In this document: positions 17,692 through 28,153 of the stretch, piece by piece
Layout: each line of letters begins with the position of its first letter
Numbering within the stretch: the first letter of the stretch is position 1
IMG/VR virus record: IMGVR_UViG_2889178456_000001
Direction: 5' to 3' (one strand)
DNA length: 64,000 nucleotides
Source: a virus
Notes under the pieces: generated by a model
Told to the model about the DNA's origin: nothing
The model's database searches: none
Seen by the model: only the letters and a program-made list of their open reading frames with translations
Position numbers and translations under genes: made by a program

Positions 17692-18980
17692 TGCAAAAAT
17701 ATGGACAACGAAAACTCATTCTTACCGGAGTCTTCCTGCTTGCCGCTTTGGTCGCCGTTATGGGCGGATGGGCTGGTACGGCACAGATCAGTGGCGCAAT
17801 CATCGCTCCCGGCAGAGTTCAGGTCGACGACAATCGGGTAATCGTACAGCACCTAGATGGGGGAGTGATCGAAACTCTTCATGTGGATGAAGGTGACCTC
17901 GTGGAACAAGGCCAGCTGCTGCTGACCCTCGACCCGGCCGAACTGCGCTCCCAGTACAATATTATTGAAAGCAAGCTGAACGAAATCACAGCACGCCGTG
18001 CCAGGCTTGAGGCCGAACGCGATAATATGAATACGCTTTCCTTTGATCCCATGTTGGAGCTGAAGGCCGACCGACAAGAGGTTAAAGAGCTGATGGATGG
18101 CCAGCAAAGGCTTTTTGAAGCCCGTAATGTATCTCTGAAAACCGAACGCGAGCAACTCGGTCGCCGTCAAAAACAGATCGAGGAGCAGATCATTGGCATT
18201 GAGGCCCAACAGGATGCGATGAGTGAGCAGCTGGAACTGCTTAAAGGTGAATTGGACAACCAACAGACACTGTTGGATCGGGGGCTCGCTCAATCATCAA
18301 GGGTGACTTCCCTTAGAAGGGAGCAATCTCGTCTGCGTGGATCTCTCGGGGAGCTACAAGCTTCGAAGGCGCAAGCTAGTGGCCGTATCATCGAACTGGG
18401 TATCGAAATTGAGAAGCTTGATACATCCCGGCGCGAGAGGGCTGTCACCGAACTTAGAGATCAGCAATACAGAGAGCTTGAACTGCTGGAGCAAGAGCGG
18501 GTTCTGCGGATGCAGCTGGGTCGCCAGCATGTAACAGCACCCGTAAATGGGGTGGTCTATAATATGGCGCCGGTGAACCCTGGTGCGGTTCTGCGACCTG
18601 CGGACCCCCTGCTCTACTTGGTTCCCCAAAACCGTCCGATGGTGGTTGCAGCCGAGATCGAGGCCAAGGACATCCACCGTATCGCCTTCAATCAGGAAGT
18701 CCTGGTGCGGTTTTCATCCTTGGATCAGAAGAATGCCCCAGAAGTCACCGGGAGCGTCATAAAAATATCTGCGGATGCTTTCCAGGTGGAGAACCGGGCA
18801 CCATTCTACAAAGTAGAGATTGAGCTATCTCCTGAGCAACTGGCTGAAGCCATCAAGAACGTGGATCTGATCCCGGGCATGCCTGTTGAGGCCTTCATTC
18901 AGACGGGGGCGAGGACACCACTCGCGTACCTCACAGAGCCTTTGACGGATTACTTCATGGCTGCCTTCCGAGAAGGGTAA
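17688..18980 (+). CDS. prtE: Type I secretion membrane fusion protein (HlyD/PrtE family)
   Basis: VQHLDGGVI, coiled coil, VTAPVNGVV, LIPGMPVEAFI; overlaps the prtD stop. Confidence 0.92.
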   Translation: MMQKYGQRKLILTGVFLLAALVAVMGGWAGTAQISGAIIAPGRVQVDDNRVIVQHLDGGVIETLHVDEGDLVEQGQLLLTLDPAELRSQYNIIESKLNEITARRARLEAERDNMNTLSFDPMLELKADRQEVKELMDGQQRLFEARNVSLKTEREQLGRRQKQIEEQIIGIEAQQDAMSEQLELLKGELDNQQTLLDRGLAQSSRVTSLRREQSRLRGSLGELQASKAQASGRIIELGIEIEKLDTSRRERAVTELRDQQYRELELLEQERVLRMQLGRQHVTAPVNGVVYNMAPVNPGAVLRPADPLLYLVPQNRPMVVAAEIEAKDIHRIAFNQEVLVRFSSLDQKNAPEVTGSVIKISADAFQVENRAPFYKVEIELSPEQLAEAIKNVDLIPGMPVEAFIQTGARTPLAYLTEPLTDYFMAAFREG

Positions 18981-19214
18981 GATTTATTCATTTTTATGCT
19001 TGCAAAGACAGCCCATATCATGCATAAGATAAATCATTCATCGGGGTGTGTTTTATTTCCTTTCTGGCCCTGATGATGGTTCACCTCCGGTAGATGACAA
19101 CTGGAAGCTTTAAGCCTCGACCTTGTTGCTGGGTCGGGGCTTTTTGTTTTAGAGCATCACGTTTTCCAGAGTATCGGGAAATTTGTGCTTCACGGCGGCC
19201 CGGATGTCGTCTCC

Positions 19215-19263
19215 GCTGAAGCCATCAAAACCTGGATCTGATCCCGGGTATGCCTGTTGAGGC
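19215..19263 (+). repeat. Degenerate 49-bp copy of prtE 18843..18892
   Basis: GCTGAAGCCATCAAAACCTGGATCTGATCCCGGGTATGCCTGTTGAGGC vs GCTGAAGCCATCAAGAACGTGGATCTGATCCCGGGCATGCCTGTTGAGGC. Confidence 0.85.
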
Positions 19264-19533
19264 TATCAACTTCTACTGAAGTTCGTTGACATTTTTGGAC
19301 GATGTTGTAGATATCATTCTATCTTTCAAACCATATCCTTACTAGGGAGCCCCGGTCATCTTGATCGGGGCTTCTGGTTTTAAGCGGCAGCGACCTGGAT
19401 TAGGGTTTCTTCTAAGTGATGCTTCACAGCACTCCGAATGTCGTCCTCACTATCAGGGTCGAGCGGGTTCTTCTTATGCGCATTATGAACTACTCCACCC
19501 TAACCTGACGGTTCAGGATGGAGTTTCCGGGAC

Positions 19534-20769
19534 TTACGCCCCGTGGTCGGTTCCCAACCAAGAAACAGGCATACCCTGCTGCTCTAAACCCCATCTAAGC
19601 ATAGTTGCAGCCGCAGCGTGATCTCTTGAGATTACGCTGCCATCTGGCAGCTCATGCGACCGATCCTGAAGCCTCTTCTTCACAGTGGCGCCCGAAACTG
19701 GGCAGCGTTGTGAAGGCTTCAAGGATCGCGTGGGCGCGATAATTAACTCACAACCAGCTTCTTCCGCTTTGTATGTGAGTGCTTTCAAAAACGCAGATGG
19801 CGATGTATCGAGAATTTCTCTGTTCAAGCCAGCCTTCTGCGCGACGTTCTTACCAGGTGCTTCTTCTGTGCCTTTGACAGAACGAGTCATATTCGAGACA
19901 GTCAGTTCTTCTGTCACGATCATCTTGTTTTCTCTCACCAGCTTATTGCTCAGCTGATGGATGTGGTTTTTTCGACGATTTGCCAGCTGTCTGTGGCGCT
20001 TCGCCAAGATGCGCTTGTGGCGCAACGCTCGCTTAGATCTTTTACCTCTCAAAGCCTTTGAGAGGTGTCGCTGAGCGTCTTTCAGATCGTCACTCGCCTG
20101 CTGCCACAGTCGCTCGTTCTTAAATTCTTGGGCATCGCTGCTGTCGACACCCCAAGCCAATGTAGCGTATGTCTCAACGCCCCAGTCCAGACCTGCGGCA
20201 GGACGAGCATCTGGAGCTACTTCACGATGCGCCTCACATTCCAGAACCACTGACGCCCACCAGCCGTCAGATTTCCTCGTAATCGAGCAGACTTTCGGTC
20301 GGCCAGGCGTTCGCGCCTCGCCTCTAATCTTGATTGTTCCGACACCGGATAAGCGCAGTCTGCCATGGCGGAAACCTTCGCCGGGCTTCAAGGTCCATCC
20401 ATCGCCGTGGCTTTTATATCCCCAACCGCTAAATCTATCCTTTGATTTGAAGCGTGGAAATCCTGCCTTGCCACTAACCTTTTTAACCCTGCGAAAGAAA
20501 TACTGATATGCGTCATCAACTCGCTTCAGCGTCACTTGCAAGGATTGAGCATTGATCGACCGATACTCAGTATCATCCGCTCTAATCTGAGTGACAGATT
20601 TTTCCTGATCTCCTTTACGAATGGAAATTTTATGCTTTTTGTAAGCGTCCATTCGTTCTTGCAGGGCAGCATTATATAGCGCCCTGTGATTATCGTGAAG
20701 GCGTTCTAGTTGCACGATTTGGGCGCTTGTTGGATACAGCTTGTATGTGACGCGTCTTTTGTCCATCAT
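19534..20769 (-). CDS. tnpB: TnpB RNA-guided nuclease
   Basis: Close homologue of copy 1; RuvC D/E/D intact (GLDWG, VTEEL, RDHAAA). Confidence 0.93.
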   Translation of the reverse strand: MMDKRRVTYKLYPTSAQIVQLERLHDNHRALYNAALQERMDAYKKHKISIRKGDQEKSVTQIRADDTEYRSINAQSLQVTLKRVDDAYQYFFRRVKKVSGKAGFPRFKSKDRFSGWGYKSHGDGWTLKPGEGFRHGRLRLSGVGTIKIRGEARTPGRPKVCSITRKSDGWWASVVLECEAHREVAPDARPAAGLDWGVETYATLAWGVDSSDAQEFKNERLWQQASDDLKDAQRHLSKALRGKRSKRALRHKRILAKRHRQLANRRKNHIHQLSNKLVRENKMIVTEELTVSNMTRSVKGTEEAPGKNVAQKAGLNREILDTSPSAFLKALTYKAEEAGCELIIAPTRSLKPSQRCPVSGATVKKRLQDRSHELPDGSVISRDHAAAATMLRWGLEQQGMPVSWLGTDHGA

Positions 20770-20776
20770 CTTAATT

Positions 20777-21193
20777 ATGCCATTAGAACCGAAATTTTAC
20801 AAGCTAAATCATAGTATTTACGCATCGCACTATCATTTAGTTCTTACGGCGAAGTACCGTCGTAAAGTGATTAACGGACCTATTTTGGCTCGCATCGAGC
20901 AACTGGTGAGGAAAAGATCAGAAGATTGGGGTGGCGAGCTTTTGGAGATGAATGGCGAAGCTGATCATGTGCACTTTCTTTCATCGCTACCACCAACCAT
21001 GGATTTGACGAAGTTCATCAACAACGTGAAGACCACGTATTCACGTGTCATTCGGAATGAGTTTTCTGATCATGTGAGTAAGTTTTACTGGAAGTCTGTT
21101 TTTTGGTCTCGCACATATTGCCTTGTGAGTTGCGGCGGTGCGCCGTTTTCCATCATCAAGCAGTATATCGAGAATCAGGATCAGCCAGATTAA
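20777..21193 (+). CDS. tnpA: IS200-type HUH transposase
   Basis: HVH and IKQYI retained; several substitutions relative to copy 1. Confidence 0.92.
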   Translation: MPLEPKFYKLNHSIYASHYHLVLTAKYRRKVINGPILARIEQLVRKRSEDWGGELLEMNGEADHVHFLSSLPPTMDLTKFINNVKTTYSRVIRNEFSDHVSKFYWKSVFWSRTYCLVSCGGAPFSIIKQYIENQDQPD

Positions 21194-21846
21194 TCGTTAC
21201 ATAATCCGCCTTCACCACCACCCTGAGGCTGCGCCTCTAGGATGGAGCACTAGCGGCGGGTCGGTAGATGGCCCTCAGAGAGATGCTCTGATGAATATGG
21301 TCACACTCGTTGAGTTTCAGATATTCGGCCTTCGACATCACATAGAGAGGCTTTCCGTCACCAAGATTGGACACGTTGAGAACGATGATATTTCCGTCGA
21401 TGTCTCTTTCGATCCAAGCGTGGTCAACAACCCCACCCCCGTCGGATTCCGGAATAACAAACCTGCCGGTTACAAGATGAGTGGTATTCAGCAATCGGCG
21501 CTGGTCCTTTGTCCGTAAACCCTCAGAGTATTTAATAATGGAAGCACTCGCGCACATGGTTGAGTGAAAGCAATTACCACCTCCTCCGATACCCTTCCAG
21601 GAGGAAAGAAGTCCGGGGTCAGCGAAACTCGTGAACCAACGCAAGAGTTCTGCGCCGTTATCTCCAGCGTAGTTTTCCACGGTGATTTTTCGCATAAAGT
21701 TACCTCAAAACAGACACTTAGTGAGTTTACCATCGTTTTTATGATAGTGCAAGGTTGGGTGTAAGGACCTGCTTTGCACCCGCTCTAAAGCCTTTGCCAC
21801 TTTCAAAGTAAGGTCAACTTTACCATCAATCATAAGGAAAAAGTTC

Positions 21847-22326
21847 ATGGCCAATATTGATAGAGTTCTACAGAACCGTTTTCACCTTCTTTATAAGAAA
21901 TCAGTCGAAAAACTCGGAAAAGATTATCTTGAGGCATGGGCGGATGCGCTACATGAGTACAATGACGTTATTGAAAATTCTTTGGACCGTAGTTGCTATG
22001 ATTGGTTCGTATCAAATACCGTTTTGCGTCAGCTTTCAAAAGAAGAGCGTGAGGAGATTCTAGGACGGGATTGGGAATCCATTAAATTCCAGCTTAGCGA
22101 CCTTTGTGGTGGCGCCGATGCGATGTATCGTGAGGTCATGGTACCAGTTGGAACAGACGCCGACCTTGATGACACTGATGCGCTGGTGCGCGACATCGTG
22201 ATACCAGAAGGCTCAAACCCTATTGCCATCCTTGATTGCGAAGATGGCTCCTCGGTAGAAGTTTCGTTGGATGAAATCTTGGCGCAGGTCAGAGACAGTA
22301 CATTCATGTATGGCAGTTTAGGATAA
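21847..22326 (+). CDS. Hypothetical acidic protein
   Basis: 159 aa ORF with AAGGAA RBS. Confidence 0.6.
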   Translation: MANIDRVLQNRFHLLYKKSVEKLGKDYLEAWADALHEYNDVIENSLDRSCYDWFVSNTVLRQLSKEEREEILGRDWESIKFQLSDLCGGADAMYREVMVPVGTDADLDDTDALVRDIVIPEGSNPIAILDCEDGSSVEVSLDEILAQVRDSTFMYGSLG

Positions 22327-22473
22327 AAACCTCGATGCCAAACAAACGATCACACTATGAGGTAAATATATAGGCTTTCACCTAGAATTATCTTGAATGA
22401 GATATCTATATGTGTAGTGTGCGATTATTCTTGCGGATCAACAATAATAGATGGAAAGAAATGGATTAGATAG

Positions 22474-23175
22474 ATGACACCCCTACCCGCTGTACACCGC
22501 AGCAAGCCAGTAAACCTGGACCACTACCGTACCCTTGTTTTGAACGCCAACGCGCTTCCTCTCTCAACGACACCTTTGTCGCTATGGGGTTGGAAGGATG
22601 CAGTCGAGGCAGTCTACAAAAAACGTGTGCAGGTTCTAGAAAACTGGGATGGACCGGTAATTCGCTCGCAAAAGATGAGCATTCCGGTTCCGAAGGTCGT
22701 AATGTGCCACGAGTTCGTACCTGTCGCAAAGAAGGGCATCCCTGCCCTGTCGCGCTTGAACTGTGCTCTGCGTGATGCCTTCACCTGCGGATACTGCGGT
22801 AATAGGTTTGCTGTCAAAGATCTGACTTTCGATCACGTGGTTCCACGCTCCAAGGGCGGCCTGTCCACCTGGGATAACCTTATGATGTCTTGCCGTAAGT
22901 GCAACTGCATGAAGGGCAGCGAACCGGCGAACTACAACGGTATCCGTGGCGTCGTGCGCAAAGGTAACTTCGTGCCATTGTGGAAGCCTCGCACCCCCAG
23001 CTGGGATGAGCTCTACAAGATCGGTCTGCGCAACGTGCCTGCTGAGGTGCGAGGTGTCTTCGGTAACTGGCTCCCAGAGGCCAAAGGAGGCCGTCCAGCG
23101 CCTCTAGGTATGCGGGTCGATGCGACCCAAGGCTGGGATGACGACGGTTACTGGACTGCCGAACTAGAGCCATGA
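22474..23175 (+). CDS. HNH endonuclease (McrA-like)
   Basis: TLVLNA, RDAFTCGYCG, TFDHVVPRSKGG, WDNLMMSCRKCNCMKG. Confidence 0.9.
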   Translation: MTPLPAVHRSKPVNLDHYRTLVLNANALPLSTTPLSLWGWKDAVEAVYKKRVQVLENWDGPVIRSQKMSIPVPKVVMCHEFVPVAKKGIPALSRLNCALRDAFTCGYCGNRFAVKDLTFDHVVPRSKGGLSTWDNLMMSCRKCNCMKGSEPANYNGIRGVVRKGNFVPLWKPRTPSWDELYKIGLRNVPAEVRGVFGNWLPEAKGGRPAPLGMRVDATQGWDDDGYWTAELEP

Positions 23176-23227
23176 AAATCATGTCCTGTCCCAGAAGGGG
23201 CAGGACATCCGCCAGTGAGTAAAAAAT

Positions 23228-23734
23228 ATGACTATAAAAGCCATCAATCGATCCCTTAAAAATAGCGCCTTCAACGAGATGGATCACGCCCTCGGCCGTC
23301 CGGTAAACCCGCTGACAAGTAGCTATAGAAACTTCTTCTGTGTTGGGTTTGACAGCCCCAGAGGAAAAGAGATGGACGCTTCTCCATATTGGGATCGAGT
23401 AAGCTCATCGGATGGATCGGTCACCGGGTTCACTGTCAATGAAGACGGGCGCCAAGCCCTGAGCGACCATCTCATTGAGATCGGCGACAAGCATAAAGTC
23501 TATGATATCCACTTAAACGCCAGAAAGCTGGGCTTGGATCCAGACCCGGATAACCGCCCTATTCAAGTGATTGCAGAGACAAAGTCGAAGGCCAAAGCCG
23601 CAGTGTGGCGCGAGATTTCCGATGTGTTTGAGGATATCACCTTCAAAGACCTCATGCAGGCAATTACTTCGGTTGATGTGGCCATAGAGAATGGGATGGA
23701 ACCCGAGGCGCCTGCTCCGGCACCGGCGCCTTAA
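23228..23734 (+). CDS. Hypothetical protein with Ala/Pro tail
   Basis: 168 aa ORF ending EPEAPAPAPAP. Confidence 0.65.
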   Translation: MTIKAINRSLKNSAFNEMDHALGRPVNPLTSSYRNFFCVGFDSPRGKEMDASPYWDRVSSSDGSVTGFTVNEDGRQALSDHLIEIGDKHKVYDIHLNARKLGLDPDPDNRPIQVIAETKSKAKAAVWREISDVFEDITFKDLMQAITSVDVAIENGMEPEAPAPAPAP

Positions 23735-23833
23735 TAGAACACATCAATATCTAAACGAATTACAGATCACTTAATGCTTGTCATCATTAGGTATATGCTT
23801 TATTAATCTTGTAAATGTATTGCTTATCTGGAG

Positions 23834-24259
23834 ATGATTATGCGTTTTTTGACAAATGATGAGAGAGAAATCCTTCTCAAGCTGAATACCGTCAACAAAG
23901 ACGCTATGTACTTCCGGGAAGACAGTGAGAAGGAAGCAATTCTTAGCCTCTGCGAACTCCGACTGTTGTGCGATCCTCACCAAGAAGACGATACTTCCGC
24001 TTACCTGACGAAGATCACCGACAAGGGCGTAAAAGTGGCCAAGCTCGGAGGGTATCTATCCAGTCCGCATTTTGCTGAAATCGACATGGTGCACTACAAA
24101 TGGGCTGCTGATGCTGGTCGTGAAAGCCGCGACGCCACCGCAAGCTTTGAAGATTACTCTGAGGCTGCAAAAGTTATCGTAGCGATGAATGCAAAAATTA
24201 AGCAGCTAGAAAAACAGGTCTCTGTAGCGAAACGTAATGCGGAGAAATCCCATGCCTGA
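23834..24259 (+). CDS. Hypothetical protein
   Basis: GGAG RBS; overlaps the next gene. Confidence 0.6.
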   Translation: MIMRFLTNDEREILLKLNTVNKDAMYFREDSEKEAILSLCELRLLCDPHQEDDTSAYLTKITDKGVKVAKLGGYLSSPHFAEIDMVHYKWAADAGRESRDATASFEDYSEAAKVIVAMNAKIKQLEKQVSVAKRNAEKSHA

Positions 24260-24758
24260 GAGCAAGTGCCCAACATGTGGTCACGAACCCGATGGTGCTG
24301 TAGCCTCCACAGGCTCCAATTCAGATCGCTATCTGGACATGCGGATCCCCGAGCATCACTGGCCGGTCTTCAAAATGATGTTCCGACAGATGAACACCAA
24401 GTTTGGAATGATGGGGCTCGGGGATTTCGCAAACCTGCTACCGGGATATGAAGACAAGCTTCCGCTGGACCAATCCAAACTGCGCTATGTCGATGATGTC
24501 ACCTTTGCCTACGCGCTTCTCGCGATGGAACGCGGGTATCGCATTGAAACGGTAATCGAGCCTGGTGGGCGTGCTGACTATAACGGTGTTGAACGTGTGA
24601 AAGTGCATGCCGAACTCACGCATCCAGACAAAGAGAAGCCTATTCATCTGACGATTTCAGATTGCGCCTATGAAGATGCAGCTAAATACATCTGCGAATA
24701 TCTGGAAGAAGCTAGCGAAAGATATGCACCTTTGGATGATCCGCAAACCGGACTCTGA
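24252..24758 (+). CDS. Hypothetical protein with N-terminal CPTCG
   Basis: ATG after GGAGA; coupled to the previous ORF. Confidence 0.6.
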   Translation: MPESKCPTCGHEPDGAVASTGSNSDRYLDMRIPEHHWPVFKMMFRQMNTKFGMMGLGDFANLLPGYEDKLPLDQSKLRYVDDVTFAYALLAMERGYRIETVIEPGGRADYNGVERVKVHAELTHPDKEKPIHLTISDCAYEDAAKYICEYLEEASERYAPLDDPQTGL

Positions 24759-24850
24759 ACCGGCACGAAGACATTAAGATTGCATCGGAAGTGTATGATT
24801 TCCGGTAAAAATATATATTAGGGAACCGGACATTTAACCGGCACAAAATT

Positions 24851-25483
24851 ATGAGCAAGAAGTACGGGCGCACATATCATCTACCAGGCTCACCTGGTGC
24901 CACGAGTGATGACAAGATTCTCAAGTCCCTGTCTGCTTTCGAGCAGGACGGCGGCGTTGATGTGGTGGCTACCGAAAAAATGGATGGCGAAAACACCACT
25001 ATTTATGACGGTGGCACCCATGCGCGGAGTGTCGACGGACGCTATCACCCCTCTCGGGATCGCATGAAGGCCTTCGCAGCGGGCATCTCCCCTATGTTGG
25101 CGGCCAATGAGCGCATTGTGGGCGAGTACCTCTATGCGAAGCACTCCATTGCCTATGATGGGCTGCCTCACTTCTTCATGGGGTTTGCCTGGATCAAAGA
25201 TGAGGTGATCCAATCCTGGGATGATACCATGCAGCGGTTTAGTGAGCTTGGCATCGTGCCGGTTCCGGTTCTCTGGCGCGGAAAGTTTGATATCCGTCAG
25301 ATTGATGCGCTTGTCAGCGGACTGGATCTTGAACAGCAAGAAGGCTTCGTTGTCCGGGTGATGGATGCTTTCCATGAGGACCAAATGGTAACCTCCATGG
25401 GCAAGTATGTCCGCGAAGGTCATGTTCAGACGGAAACTCACTGGATGCATCAAGAGATCATCCCAAACACATTCAAGATGTGA
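24851..25483 (+). CDS. ATP-dependent RNA ligase family protein
   Basis: KYGRTYHLP, motif I TEKMDGEN, GEYL, motif IV EGFVVR, KYVR. Confidence 0.85.
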   Translation: MSKKYGRTYHLPGSPGATSDDKILKSLSAFEQDGGVDVVATEKMDGENTTIYDGGTHARSVDGRYHPSRDRMKAFAAGISPMLAANERIVGEYLYAKHSIAYDGLPHFFMGFAWIKDEVIQSWDDTMQRFSELGIVPVPVLWRGKFDIRQIDALVSGLDLEQQEGFVVRVMDAFHEDQMVTSMGKYVREGHVQTETHWMHQEIIPNTFKM

Positions 25484-25501
25484 GCTGATAAGGATAGTAA
25501 G

Positions 25502-26062
25502 ATGTTAGATTGTCATGACCTGGATGGCGAGTGGCTCGCAACCGTTACAGGTGGGTTCAGAACCCGTGGCAAGACCATGGATGAAGCAGTGCGCAAAATG
25601 CGTGACTTCCTGCAAGACGAGCGCCCCGAAGTCTATGAAGCCCATATGGATGCACTCGAAACCTACTCGCATCCTATGGAACCATCTGGGACTGTTATGG
25701 ACCTAGTGAAGATGATCAAGGAGCGGCATCGCAAAGAGGCCCACGAGGAACTGTGCGAGATTTCAAAATCGATTGATGAGCAGGTCGCGATCAACGATAC
25801 TGAAGCCCTCAGTAAGCTGACAGGCCTGAACCTCGACCAAGGCAAGGCGATTACTAAGCTTCAGGCTGAGGACTTTACCCTCAATAAGGTGGACGAAGTG
25901 ATTGCCGAAAATGGGATCGTAAATGATTTATTGGATGCTATTGCGCTGCACCTAACGGAAGTTACGGCTGCACCAGAAAAATATAATATCGACTACAAGC
26001 AGGAGATCTCGCTGATCTACGAAGACCTCGAGGAATACCTGCCGCCGGAACCAAAGTTCTAG
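25502..26062 (+). CDS. Hypothetical protein
   Basis: 186 aa ORF, AAGGA RBS. Confidence 0.6.
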   Translation: MLDCHDLDGEWLATVTGGFRTRGKTMDEAVRKMRDFLQDERPEVYEAHMDALETYSHPMEPSGTVMDLVKMIKERHRKEAHEELCEISKSIDEQVAINDTEALSKLTGLNLDQGKAITKLQAEDFTLNKVDEVIAENGIVNDLLDAIALHLTEVTAAPEKYNIDYKQEISLIYEDLEEYLPPEPKF

Positions 26063-26122
26063 CGGACCACCCCCCAGGTGCCATTGGCGCTCTGGCTACT
26101 AATATTATGAAAGGATAAGATC

Positions 26123-26512
26123 GTGAACGTAACTGATTATTTGGCTTCCCTGAAAGAGCATCGCGAAACCGCATACAATAGCCTTTGTCACACATCGGAG
26201 ATGTTCAGTGAAAAAGTAGCGGCGGGTGATGCCGTGTCTATGAGCATGCTCCATCACCTTCATGTCGAACAAGGTAAGGGAGTCTGGAAGATTAAGGCTC
26301 AAGATCTAGTGATTGAAAAAGCAAACGACGTGATCTCAAAAGGTGGATCCATGTCTGATCTAGAGAAGAAGATGTCCATGCTCCTGAAAGATGTTGTATG
26401 CTCACCGGATGGATTTGATCCCGAGTACATGAAGGAGATTGCGTGGATTTGCCGTGAGCTCGAAGAATTTCTGGACTCCGAAACCTTACCACTTCTCCGG
26501 TCCAGATTTTGA
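26123..26512 (+). CDS. Hypothetical protein
   Basis: 129 aa ORF, AAAGGA RBS. Confidence 0.55.
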   Translation: MNVTDYLASLKEHRETAYNSLCHTSEMFSEKVAAGDAVSMSMLHHLHVEQGKGVWKIKAQDLVIEKANDVISKGGSMSDLEKKMSMLLKDVVCSPDGFDPEYMKEIAWICRELEEFLDSETLPLLRSRF

Positions 26513-26571
26513 CACGTAATCTCGGTAAGAAGATAAACTCACAGAACGTGCAATAAGAGGGAGCGAAGCCG

Positions 26572-26769
26572 ATGATAGCAAATGTACGCCGTGGAGCAAC
26601 AATTGAGCGAGTCGAATATCACATCACAGTAAACCGATTGCCGGGCAGTGATGCGGGCGTGGTCGCTTACAATTGGCGCAGCGGCAAGCTGTCTGTTGCA
26701 GACGGGACATCGCAGCACATGAACGTACATGCGGCAATTAATGGTCTGCGTGAAACGAACAATTCATAA
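26572..26769 (+). CDS. Small hypothetical protein
   Basis: 65 aa ORF after GAGGGAG. Confidence 0.45.
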   Translation: MIANVRRGATIERVEYHITVNRLPGSDAGVVAYNWRSGKLSVADGTSQHMNVHAAINGLRETNNS

Positions 26770-27228
26770 ATGAGTGAGAGGCATGATGTGGCGCGTCAAG
26801 AAGTGGTATTTGCAGAGGCTGGCGGATGAAGCCCGAAGAATGTCTAGGGCGCACTACAATATCGCTCGCAATGCTTTAAGCGACCATGAAGCAAAAAAGG
26901 AGGGTTGGAGTGTCTGATATATTGAAAAGAGATTGGGATCGCCTCATGGCTTGCCCTTGGGGTGATTGTCCATGGCGGCAGTGCCCTTGGAGCCAGTGTC
27001 CATGGAAAGATGACGAGGGAACTATGCGGTCTCTCTGAGGCCCTCAACGACGACATCTCCGCAGGTCGCACGGCGAACCTGACCTCTTATCCGCCCAAGC
27101 TCGGCCGGGTGATCGAAATTATGAAAGACCAGGATTTCGTTATCAAGCTTGCGAAGAACTGCAATGATCCCGAGTACTTTGCTTGGGTTGACGGTATATA
27201 GCCATCATGACAAACAAGGAAGCCTCCG

Positions 27229-28116
27229 ATGAGCATCAAGATATACTCAGGTTTTAAGTTCAACACCTCGAACTTCGGTGATGTTCAGGCCTACGTGAAC
27301 AACTGGCGATCTCGTATTGGTGCGCTGGCTCTGGAGAAGGCAAATAAACGTCTTGCACTAAGGGTAGTAACGGCTATCGATAAAGCAGATGTGCGGTCAG
27401 CGCTTACGCCTGATCTGCCTATTGAGACCCTCAAGGATAGTGTCAGCCCCCTTTTCGTCATCCGCAAAGAGATGCGTGATCAGGCACGGGAAGATCAGAA
27501 GAATGGTTACAGAAACATCGAAATGGATTTCGATTTTGAAGTCGATCTGATCTATAATGACGGTGCGTTCTACGGGGTTATCAGAACCGATCAGAGTGAT
27601 TGGAGAGAAGCGTGGGTTTCCTCTGAGCGCGATGTCTCCGACTACTCATACTGGGATAATTGCGATCATCCTGATGATGTAAGTGATGATGAGTGGCGCG
27701 AGCGCGGAGAAACCTGGGAAAAGCTTTTGAAGGATTCCAAGTGGCGACCTGCGTACGCTGGGTTTACCTGCGTCATTCATAATTCGATGGATACGAGCTA
27801 TAAGATGGGGCAACCGGATGAAGTGGTTTTCTTCCAACCTGATTTCGAAGCTCGCCTTTCCACAGTTGTCGAGATGGCATTTGCGGATCGCCACATGACG
27901 CTTCCCGAAACAGCCAATTTTGATGCTTCTTGGTTTATGAAAGAGCGCTCGAGGGTCATGAAGATGCTGCGATCAGAAGATCACGCTGAGGAAGTTGCAG
28001 AACTCACGGAGGCTTGCAGAGGAATTCTTCGACCCCGGATTTCAGAAAAAGACCTTAAGTCTAATTATGAGCCAAATCCGTACGAAACAGGAGCGCAAGG
28101 ACCGTCCGGCCCCTGA
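27229..28116 (+). CDS. Hypothetical protein
   Basis: 295 aa ORF, AAGGAAG RBS; tail ends GAQGPSGP. Confidence 0.7.
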   Translation: MSIKIYSGFKFNTSNFGDVQAYVNNWRSRIGALALEKANKRLALRVVTAIDKADVRSALTPDLPIETLKDSVSPLFVIRKEMRDQAREDQKNGYRNIEMDFDFEVDLIYNDGAFYGVIRTDQSDWREAWVSSERDVSDYSYWDNCDHPDDVSDDEWRERGETWEKLLKDSKWRPAYAGFTCVIHNSMDTSYKMGQPDEVVFFQPDFEARLSTVVEMAFADRHMTLPETANFDASWFMKERSRVMKMLRSEDHAEEVAELTEACRGILRPRISEKDLKSNYEPNPYETGAQGPSGP

Positions 28117-28153
28117 TTCAAAGCCAAAATGAAGACTTATTTCGAATAAGTCT

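Larger units (their letters stand above)
19485..21263 (-). mobile_element. IS200/IS605-family element copy 2
   Basis: Same length and ends as copy 1; both are flanked by minus-strand ATCTAC at the left end. Confidence 0.92.
19380..21695 (-). pseudogene. Hypothetical gene split by IS605-type copy 2
   Basis: Joining 21695..21264 to 19484..19380 gives ...SISLRAIY-NAHKKNPLDPDSEDDIRSAVKHHLEETLIQVAAA* in frame; hairpin at about 19347-19374 follows the stop. Confidence 0.7.

Noticed and set aside
21237-21695. Intact 152-aa ORF, and the 7511-7762 ORF, as complete genes
   Set aside because: Both terminate inside IS ends and rejoin in frame with sequence on the far side.
22474-23175. Stand-alone HNH gene as part of the CRISPR system
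   Set aside because: Ordinary McrA-like HNH about 7 kb from the cas operon, with no linkage evidence.
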